From: an uncultured bacterium
Lineage (GTDB): Bacteria; Bacteroidota; Ignavibacteria; Kapaibacteriales; UBA2268
Direction: 5' to 3'
NCBI GenBank assembly: GCA_942492935.1
Contig: OW818654.1
Span: 3,052,640 to 3,116,639 of the forward strand
Length of the DNA stretch: 64,000 bases
Part shown: one piece after another, positions 10,084-18,624 of the stretch
Position numbering within the stretch: the stretch's first letter is position 1
Layout: each line of letters begins with the position of its first letter
The notes under the pieces: generated by a model
What the model was told of the DNA's origin: nothing
Database searches by the model: none
The model's input: the letters and a program-made list of their open reading frames with translations, nothing else
Position numbers and translations under genes: made by a program

Positions 10084-13000
10084 ATGAAGAAGTTTATCTT
10101 CCTTTTTTTAGCAATTTTAATTAATTGCACAATTTATGCTCAAATTCCCAATACTATTTCTTGGCAGGGAATTTTGCAAGATGCCAACGGCAATAATTTA
10201 CATGGTTCATATAATTTGACTATTAAATTATATAATATTTCGAGTGGTGGAACAGCATTATGGACAGAAACACATAATTCTGTTTCTATATCAAATGGTT
10301 TAGCTAATTTATCGCTTGGTAGCGTCACTCCATTCAATCTCAATTTCGATAAGCAATATTGGCTTGAAATTACAGTAGGCAATGGAATACCGTTGACAAG
10401 GATAAAATTAACAACTGTGCCATATTCATTTCATTCCAATATTGCAAATTCATTAGCTGGAGGAATTAATGAGACTGACCCAGTTTTTATTGCAAGTCCT
10501 TCATTTGCTATTAATAATACAAATATTAATAATTGGAATACAGCATACTCTTGGGGTAATCATGCTAATCAAGGATATTTGACTTCGTTGAGTGAAACTG
10601 ACCCAGTTTTTATTGCAAGTCCTTCATTTGCTATTAATAATGCAAATATTACAAATTGGAATACGGCTTTTTCTTGGGGAAATCATGCTACTCAAGGATA
10701 TTTGACATCAATGAATGAAATTGACCCAGTTTTTATTGCAAGTCCTTCATTTGCTATTAATAATGCAAATATCACAAATTGGAATACGGCTTTTTCTTGG
10801 GGAAATCATGCTACTCAAGGTTACTTGACTTCAATGAATGAAACTGACCCAGTTTTTAATGTAAGTCCTGCGGCTGAAATTAATAATGTAAATATTAATA
10901 ATTGGAATACGGCTTACAATTGGGGAAATCATGCAAATCAAGGATATTTAACTTCTTATAATGAAACCGATCCAATATATTTTGCAAGTGTTGCAGCAAA
11001 TATTACAAATGAAAATGTTACTAATTGGAATACTGTTTATAGTTGGGGTAATCATGCTAATGAAGGATATTTGACTACATTTACAGAAAGTGATCCAATA
11101 TATATGGCAAGTGCTTCATCAGGAATAACAAATACAAATATAGCAAATTGGAATAATGCTTTTTTTTGGGGAAATCATGCAAATCAAGGATATTTAACTT
11201 CTTATAATGAAACCGACCCAATATATTTTGCAAGTGTTGCAGCAAATATTACAAATGAAAATGTTACTAATTGGAATACTGTTTATAGTTGGGGTAATCA
11301 TGCTAATGAAGGATATTTGACTTCATTTACAGAAAGTGATCTAATATATATGGCAAGTGCTTCATCAGGAATAACAAATACAAATATAGCAAATTGGAAT
11401 AATGCCTATCTTTGGGGGAATCATGCAAATCAAGGATATTTAACTTCTTATAATGAAACCGACCCAATATATTTAGCAAGTGTTGCAGCAAATATTACAA
11501 ATGAAAATGTTACTAATTGGAATGCGGCTTATAATTGGGGAAATCATGCAACTCAAGGATATTTGACTTCATTTACTGAAACTGACCCAGTTTTTAATGT
11601 AAGTCCTGCAGCAATAATTAATAATGTAAATATTAATAATTGGAATACTGCATACTCTTGGGGTAATCATGCTAATCAAGGATATTTGACATCATTTACA
11701 GAAACCGACCCAGTTTTTTTAGTTAGTGCGTCAGCAAATATCACAAATACTTATATAGCAAATTGGAATACTGCATATTTTTGGGGGAACCATGCTACTC
11801 AAGGATATTTGACTTCAATTACAGAAAATGACCCTATTTTCAATACAAGTCCTTCTTCAAGTATCACTTTAACAAATATTGCAAATTGGAACACTGCTTA
11901 TGGCTGGGGCAATCATGCTACTCAAGGATATTTGACTTCATCAACTGAAACTGACCCGTCATGGGGTGGCTCTTTAGATACAGATGGAATTATTTATAGG
12001 TTTGGTAAAGTCGCTCTAGGAATATCTACTCCTAAAGCACTTTTGCATATTAACGAAACTGAATCTGATGGTGGGAATGTCCTTTTTACAGGTACATATA
12101 AATTATCAGATCCTGGACCAGTACCCGATTCAGGAATGGGAACAAGGATGATGTGGTATCCAGATAGAGCAGCATTTAGGGCTGGATTTGTAGAAAATGA
12201 CCAATGGAACAGTAGTAATATTGGATATTATTCAACTGCTTTTTGGGGTCAATACTGTAGCATCAGGTTCTTATTCTACTGCATTGGGCTTTGGAACTAC
12301 AGCATCAGGCTCATATTCTATAGTTGCTGGAGAATCTAATATAGCATCAGGTTCTTATTCTACTGCTTTTGGAAATATTACAGTTGCATCTGGTTTAAAT
12401 TCTACTTCATTTGGAAAAAGTACCACAGCTTCTGGCCACTATTCAACTACTATTGGTGAAAATACTGTTGCTGAATCTGCTTATGAAACTGTGTTAGGTA
12501 GATGGAATTCTGATTACTCGCCAACCAATACAACAGGCTGGAGCAGTTTTGACCGTTTGTTTGTGGTTGGAAATGGTACTGCTTCAAATGCAAGAAGCAA
12601 TGCAATGACTATTTTAAAAAATGGCAAAGTTGGAATTGGAACTGATTTACCTTATAGCTTGCTTCATACTAAAGGATTAGGGACTGGTGAAGGGAATGTA
12701 TTATTTACTGGAACTTATAAGTCAGCTAATCCAGGATTAGCTCCCGATTCTAACGCAGGAACACGCATGATGTGGTACCCTGACAAATCTGCGTTTAGAA
12801 CTGGAACAATTGATGGTAATCAATGGAATACCGGAAATATTGGAAATTATTCTGTGGCAATGGGTTATTCAACAACAGCATCGGGTTCGTATTCTATAGC
12901 AACTGGAGAAAATACTTTTGCTGAATCTTCTTATGAAACTGTGTTAGGTAGATGGAATAGCGACTATACACCAAATTCAACAACAACTTGGAATAGTATT

Positions 13001-14416
13001 GATAGATTGTTTGTAATTGGAAATGGAACTGCTTCAAATACAAGAAGTAATGCACTGACTATTTTAAAAAATGGCAAAGTTGGAATTGGAACTGATTTAC
13101 CTTATGGCTTACTTCATGCTAAAGGTGTAGGGACTGGTGAAGGAAATGTATTATTTACAGGTTCTTATAAGTCAGTTAATCCAGGATTAGCTCCCGATTC
13201 TGGAGCAGGAACACGCATGATGTGGTACCCTGACAAATCTGCGTTTAGAGCTGGAACGGTTGATGGTAGTCAATGGAATACAGCAAACATTGGTGTATTT
13301 TCCACATCAATAGGACATAATAATATAGCATCGGGGCAATATTCTATATCGATGGGGGCTGAAAATGAAGCTACTGGTGTTACTTCAATTGCTTTGGGAA
13401 ATTCTTTGACATCCTCTGGTCTTGCTTCCGTAGCTATGGGTTATCATTCGACAGCATCGGGACAATATTCAACAGCTTTTGGATACGGTAATACTGCATC
13501 AGGTTCTATGTCAGCAGCAATAGGTTATTCTTGCATATCATCGGGATACGCTTCAATTGCAATGGGCGAAAGGACAGAATCATCTGGGTTTCACTCAATA
13601 GCTTTTGGATATATAACCGAAGCATCAGGAGATAAATCAACTGCCATGGGAGCATATACTTTAGCATCTGGATATTATAGTACAGCAGTAGGCAAAAATA
13701 CAGTTGCATCTGGTGATTATTCTATGTCGATTGGCGAGAACGTTAATTCAAAGTCAGCTTATGAGACAGTTATAGGAAGATGGAATGCTGATTATACTCC
13801 AAATTCCACAACAAATTGGAATTCTGCAGACCGCATATTTGTTGTTGGAAATGGTACTGCATCTGCCACGAGAAGTAATGCATTGACAATACTAAAAAAT
13901 GGTAGAGTTGGATTGCAAACTGTAACTAATCCTACATTTGCTCTCGAATTACCAAATAGTGCTACTGATGGGATTGGCAAAGGCAGAGCAAATGCTTGGT
14001 CAACTTATTCTGATGGTAGAATTAAAAGTAAACGCAAATCAATTATTTATGGGTTAAGAGAAATAATGATGCTCAATCCTCTTTATTACTATAAACATAA
14101 TTCAATTATTAAAGATGGCAAAATACAAATTAATGAAGATGGCTCTTATGATATTGGCTTTATTGCTCAAGATGTATATAAGGTTATTCCTGAAATAGTT
14201 TCAGTTCCAAATAATGAGTATTTGGATCTCTGGAGTATGTCTTATGAAAAATTGACTCCTATTTTAGTTAAAGCTATTCAAGAACAACAACAAATTATTG
14301 ATAATCAAAAGAAAAAGAATGATAGTCAAGATATGCTTATTCAAATTCAAAATCAAAAAATTGAGGAACTTGAAAAGAAACTGGAATTATTAATTAAAAG
14401 CATTAAAAATGAATAA
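10084..14416 (+). pseudogene. Tail-fibre-like protein 3 (~1444 aa if contiguous), split by a +1 frameshift into ORFs 10084..12339 and 12197..14416. Has the N-domain, 12 x 41-aa repeats, three ~150-aa modules with ASGxYS repeats, and an S74-like chaperone with a coiled coil.
   Basis: Frame 1 reads ...NIGYYSTAFWGQYCSIRF (nonsense tail). Frame 2 continues ...FGVNTVASGSYSTALGFGTTASGSYS, which matches the later repeats (GNYSVAMGYSTTASGSYSIATGE). The switch lies in the T5 run at 12240-12244; four T would give one ORF. C-terminus AWSTYSDGRIKSK...GFIAQDVYKVIPEIV...YEKLTPILVKAIQEQQ...EELEKKLELLIKSIKNE. Confidence 0.7.
10471..11947 (+). repeat. In-gene tandem repeat, 12 units of 123 bp (41 aa: ETDPVFIASPSFAINN.NI.NWNTAYSWGNHANQGYLTS). 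Several units are near-identical at the DNA level.
   Basis: Direct reading: the unit recurs every 123 bp from ~10471 to ~11947. For example, the stretch from 10921 recurs almost verbatim from 11167 and 11410. Confidence 0.8.
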
Positions 14417-14426
14417 AGGTTAAAAA

Positions 14427-16421
14427 ATGAAGAAGTTTATTTTCCTTTTTTTAGCAATTTTAATTAATTGCACAATTTATGCTCAAATTCCCAATACTAT
14501 TTCTTGGCAGGGAATTTTGCAAGATGCTAATGGAAATAATCTGAATGGCACATATAATTTAACAGTAAAATTATATGATGCGGCAAGTAACGGTTCAGCA
14601 TTATGGACAGAAACACATAATTCTGTTTCTATATCAAATGGTTTAGCTAATTTATCGCTTGGTAGTGTTACTCCATTCAATCTCAATTTCGATAAGCAAT
14701 ACTGGCTTGAAATTACTGTTGGAAACGGAACACCAATGCCGAGAATTGCTCTTACAACTGTTCCCTATTCATTTTATTCAGCCAAATCATCTGGAGTAAT
14801 TCAGAATGATTCATTAGTATTGAAGGATGCACAAGGAGTTACAAGAATTGTAATGAATCCAAATACTGGCACATTCAAAATGATGAATAATGATATTGTT
14901 TGGTATGAGATGAGTGTGAATTCACCACCTGAAAGCATTGAATATATGCCAGATGGCTCTAAAACTATTAGAACACCAGAAGGCGTTAAACAATACAATA
15001 GTAATTCAGAACTTATTTTTGAAAGAATTATTAAAAGTACTGGGATTAGTGATGAAAACAAAACAATCTTTGACGAAAAATACTATAATAATGGAAATTT
15101 AACCCAAAAATCCACTTATGAAGCTGATTTAAATTCTTCAAGTTTATCAATTACAAATTTTAGTAATGGTATTCCAATTACTGAAGAAATTCATAATGTA
15201 TATGTTGAAGATCCTGTATATTTAAAACAAAGTAGTTATTATTCCAACGGGGTTCTTGATAAAGAAATTACATTGACCCAAAACGGAATTCGAACTGAAA
15301 ATACTTTTGACAATGGTAATCTTCAAAAACAAATAATAGAAGAAGGTGATGACACAGAAAATGTTACTACAGTTACATTCTTTAAAGATGGGCTTGAGGT
15401 TCTGAAGGAAGTGATAAGAACAAATAAGTCAAGTCTTACTGCTATAACTGAAGAACAATATTTTGTAGATGGAGTTTTAATTAAGGAAATTATTACAAAT
15501 CGTAATGGTGAAGTAATTGAAAATATCTACGAAAATGGTGTACTTAAATTTTCTTCTTCTGATTACAAAGGAAAAAAAGTAGTAACAAGCCCAGATGGAC
15601 TATATCAGTATTATCAGGAACTAACTTCAACGGGTGTTTCTTTTGGTAAGATTGATGATGATAAGAAGGTGACAATAACTAAAAGTTCTAATTATTACCA
15701 AATTGGAGTAGGTGATGGTACAACAAATTCTGCATACATTGAATTTGACCAATTTGGTAATTTAAGATTAAAATCAAATACAGATTCTTACGTTGTTACA
15801 AATGGAAACTCTACAGTTACAGGCAACCAAATGGTTGGTGGGAATAGTCAGATTAATGGTATTCTTTCTACATATAGCAATTCTTTTTTTAATGGATATA
15901 CAACAATAAATGCACCATTTACTACAAATTTTGATGCAACCATCAAGGGTAATTTGCAATTAAATGGCAGTGAAACTGTTAATGGAAATTCACTAATAAA
16001 AGGTAATTTACAAGTAAATGGAAATAAGCAATTTCTAATTGACCATCCAGATGATCCTTACAATAAATATTTGAGTCATGCCTCAATTGAGTCCGATGAA
16101 GTATTAAATCAATATACAGGAAATACTATTACAGATGAAAATGGATTTGCAACAGTTACTTTAGCAGATTATGTACAAAAAATCAATGTTGATTTTCGCT
16201 ATCAACTTACTGTTATAGGACAATTTGCACAAGCTATAATTTCTAAGGAAATTAACAACAATAAATTTGTAATCCAGACAGACAAGCCAAATGTTAAAGT
16301 TAGTTGGTTGATTACAGCGAAACGAAATGATAAATATATGCAGGAGAATCCTTTTGAACCAGTTAAACTGAAGGATAAAAAAGCATTAAATAGAATTGAA
16401 TATTTAAAAAATAATAAATAG
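14427..16421 (+). CDS. Secreted fibre-family protein 4. N-domain nearly identical to fibre 3, a different repeat core, and a distinct conserved C-terminal domain (no S74 motif).
   Basis: The first ~115 aa match 10084.. nearly residue-for-residue. Core has loose Y..NG.L repeats. C-terminus FLIDHPDDPYNKYLSHASIESDEVLNQYTGNTITDENGFATVTLADYVQKINVDFRYQLTVIGQFAQAIISKEINNNKFVIQTDKPNVKVSWLITAKRNDKYM. Confidence 0.8.
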   Translation: MKKFIFLFLAILINCTIYAQIPNTISWQGILQDANGNNLNGTYNLTVKLYDAASNGSALWTETHNSVSISNGLANLSLGSVTPFNLNFDKQYWLEITVGNGTPMPRIALTTVPYSFYSAKSSGVIQNDSLVLKDAQGVTRIVMNPNTGTFKMMNNDIVWYEMSVNSPPESIEYMPDGSKTIRTPEGVKQYNSNSELIFERIIKSTGISDENKTIFDEKYYNNGNLTQKSTYEADLNSSSLSITNFSNGIPITEEIHNVYVEDPVYLKQSSYYSNGVLDKEITLTQNGIRTENTFDNGNLQKQIIEEGDDTENVTTVTFFKDGLEVLKEVIRTNKSSLTAITEEQYFVDGVLIKEIITNRNGEVIENIYENGVLKFSSSDYKGKKVVTSPDGLYQYYQELTSTGVSFGKIDDDKKVTITKSSNYYQIGVGDGTTNSAYIEFDQFGNLRLKSNTDSYVVTNGNSTVTGNQMVGGNSQINGILSTYSNSFFNGYTTINAPFTTNFDATIKGNLQLNGSETVNGNSLIKGNLQVNGNKQFLIDHPDDPYNKYLSHASIESDEVLNQYTGNTITDENGFATVTLADYVQKINVDFRYQLTVIGQFAQAIISKEINNNKFVIQTDKPNVKVSWLITAKRNDKYMQENPFEPVKLKDKKALNRIEYLKNNK

Positions 16422-16429
16422 GTTAAAAA

Positions 16430-17152
16430 ATGAAAAAAACTATTTTACTAATCGTGATTTTTAGTGTATTTACTCTAATTTCTCAAGAATACACTTTGAA
16501 ATCTTATGTGATTGGCTCGACAGCAACAACTGTTTCAAACGACCAATACACATTTCGAAGCACAGTCGGTCAACCAGCAATCGGCGTATTTGAGAGCAAT
16601 ACCAACAAATTAAAAAGTGGCTTTTGGTATAATTTTGATGGACCAGCAATCACTACACATAATATTACATTACTAAAAGGTTGGAATCTTATTTCTACTT
16701 ACGTAGAGCCAACTGACCCCGATATTAAGGAGATATTCAAAAATGTCAAGGACAAAATTATTATTGTGAAAAATATATCAGGAAAAATCTATCTTGCCTC
16801 AACAGATTATAATCAGATTGGAAATTGGGCTATAACAGAAGGTTATCAGGTATATGCTCAAGAATTATGTACTTTGTCTATTGTGGGAGTAAAAGTAAGA
16901 CCATCAAATACCCCAATAACTTTTTCACGTTCTGGATGGCACTATATTTCTTATTTACGGGATAGTGATTTATCAATTGTTACAGCTTTAACTGATGTAA
17001 CAGAAAATGAAAAAATGGTAATTACAAAAAATGTTAGCGGTCAAATTTATATGACCACCCCTAATTATATCAATACAATTAATTTAATGAAGCCCGGGCA
17101 AGGATACCAAATATACTTAACCGGTTCAACTACATTAACTTATCCGGATTAG
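16430..17152 (+). CDS. Small secreted protein (signal peptide) with an internal duplication. Last gene of the fibre operon; function unknown.
   Basis: MKKTILLIVIFSVFTLISQ signal. Motif YTLKSYVIGS...YTFRSTVGQPAIG...KLKSGFWYNF. Two copies of V.KN.SG.IY...Y..I.......GYQ.Y. Start is 9 nt after the previous stop. Confidence 0.55.
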   Translation: MKKTILLIVIFSVFTLISQEYTLKSYVIGSTATTVSNDQYTFRSTVGQPAIGVFESNTNKLKSGFWYNFDGPAITTHNITLLKGWNLISTYVEPTDPDIKEIFKNVKDKIIIVKNISGKIYLASTDYNQIGNWAITEGYQVYAQELCTLSIVGVKVRPSNTPITFSRSGWHYISYLRDSDLSIVTALTDVTENEKMVITKNVSGQIYMTTPNYINTINLMKPGQGYQIYLTGSTTLTYPD

Positions 17153-17164
17153 TGATTCATATTT

Positions 17165-17210
17165 AATCCATATCAACATTATTTTGTATCAATGTTGATA
17201 TGGATTTTAA
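17165..17210 (+). terminator. Hairpin at the end of the fibre operon
   Basis: aatccatatcaacatt-(10 nt)-aatgttgatatggatt, a 16-bp perfect stem followed by tt. The U-tract is short. Confidence 0.45.
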
Positions 17211-17388
17211 AATGCAAGAAAATCAACTCTTTAATAATAATATAACTCAGCTGTTTACTTTAAATTAAACATCAATTAATGAAAATTTTTCAAGTAAATA
17301 TGAGTTTTTTGGCTAAAGCCCAAATTTATAAATTCTAAATTACATTGATAATGAAAAAAAATTTATGAATTTGCCCATAAAATCAAAT

Positions 17389-18597
17389 TTACAAGAACAA
17401 GTAAAAAGCTAATAAAAGTCTAATATTGGATACTGTTACAGCATCTTTAACCAACGCTTTGTCATCTTTATCTATATTACCAAAGCAAGCTTGAGTATAT
17501 TCAACTTCAAATGCTGTTTTAGTTTTTCCATAATTATATGCTATTCTTGGTGAAATTCTTAGAATTTGATTAATGTTAGTTCCCCTACCATAAACTACAT
17601 TTGTAAGTGGATTATCATCAGTTCCTAAATTTTGTGAATATCCTGCAAAAATTGCATATTCAAAATCACTCTTGTACATTAATTCAGTCCAAGCAGCAAG
17701 TACTTTTTCAGGTGTATATTCAATTGTATTTGAATCAATATATTTATCAGCATAGCCACCTATGAACATTAGGTCATTCATATTACCACCATAAGTTCCC
17801 TGAACTTTGAACTGGAATTTATCCATTGTCAATTTCAAATAGCCAGTAGCACCAAATGTTGATAAATTATCCTCTGATTTTGTTTTTGATAAAGGATTAA
17901 TGAGTTGTGGTCTTATAGTTTTATAGCTACCAACAGCTCCCAATAAGAAATTATCTGTTTTAATTTGCAAACCTAAAGTTGCTTCAGGTAAGCCAGAATT
18001 TCTTAAATAATTTGAGGAAATTACATTGTTTGGTCCATAATTTGAAAAATCACGTTGAGTATTAATTCCAATAGATAATTTCAAAATATCAAATTTTTGA
18101 GTAAATTTGATTTGAGGGCTCCTTGCGAATGGTTGAAATGGAACACCTGTATTAAATGAAATTACATCAGGAAATGATTCAGTCTGAAAAAATGGATGCC
18201 ATGTTTGTCCAACTAATACTTGAGAATCATCAAAATTGTAATCGATGAAAGCATGTCTCATTCTAACACCATTAGTAACATCATTAGTAGAGCCAAAAAA
18301 TTCTGCCTCAATAAATCCAGTTACTTTACCACCGAGTAATTCCACGCCATCAATTTTAGCATTAACCCTTGTTTGAATTGATAAAATATTAAAATTTGGT
18401 GTAGCGTTTATATCTTCTTTGTTAGCATCAAGTATTTCTCTGTCAGGATAAAGTAAAAAATGCCCTTCTCTTGCGTTGACTGTTTGTCGAGTGTCATACA
18501 TTACATCTGTTTTAATAAAGCCACCAAATTTTATATTTGGCTGAGCAATAATAATAGTTGAAGAAAGCACAAATAATATTAGAAAAACTCTTTTCAT
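17389..18597 (-). CDS. Putative outer-membrane beta-barrel (porin-like) protein
   Basis: Signal peptide MKRVFLILFVLSSTIIIAQ. Alternating hydrophobic beta-strand pattern throughout. No recognisable enzyme motifs. Confidence 0.5.
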   Translation of the reverse strand: MKRVFLILFVLSSTIIIAQPNIKFGGFIKTDVMYDTRQTVNAREGHFLLYPDREILDANKEDINATPNFNILSIQTRVNAKIDGVELLGGKVTGFIEAEFFGSTNDVTNGVRMRHAFIDYNFDDSQVLVGQTWHPFFQTESFPDVISFNTGVPFQPFARSPQIKFTQKFDILKLSIGINTQRDFSNYGPNNVISSNYLRNSGLPEATLGLQIKTDNFLLGAVGSYKTIRPQLINPLSKTKSEDNLSTFGATGYLKLTMDKFQFKVQGTYGGNMNDLMFIGGYADKYIDSNTIEYTPEKVLAAWTELMYKSDFEYAIFAGYSQNLGTDDNPLTNVVYGRGTNINQILRISPRIAYNYGKTKTAFEVEYTQACFGNIDKDDKALVKDAVTVSNIRLLLAFYLFL

Positions 18598-18624
18598 TTA
18601 AACCTCAATATATATAAATAAAAT

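Noticed and set aside
4871-14686. Multiple 60-100-aa minus-strand ORFs inside the fibre genes (4871..5062, 7267..7473, 7544..7846, 8447..8998, 10140..10382, 13506..13980, 14483..14686)
   Set aside because: Antisense shadows of long repetitive coding sequence. Low-complexity translations, and the same shadows recur wherever the repeats recur.
3687-17152. Prophage or tailocin interpretation of the fibre array
   Set aside because: No capsid, portal, terminase, sheath, baseplate, integrase or lysis genes anywhere in the 64 kb. The flanks are rho and a sensor kinase with an outer-membrane protein. All members carry Sec signal peptides, which is atypical for phage virion fibres. The possibility is kept as a refutation condition, not adopted.
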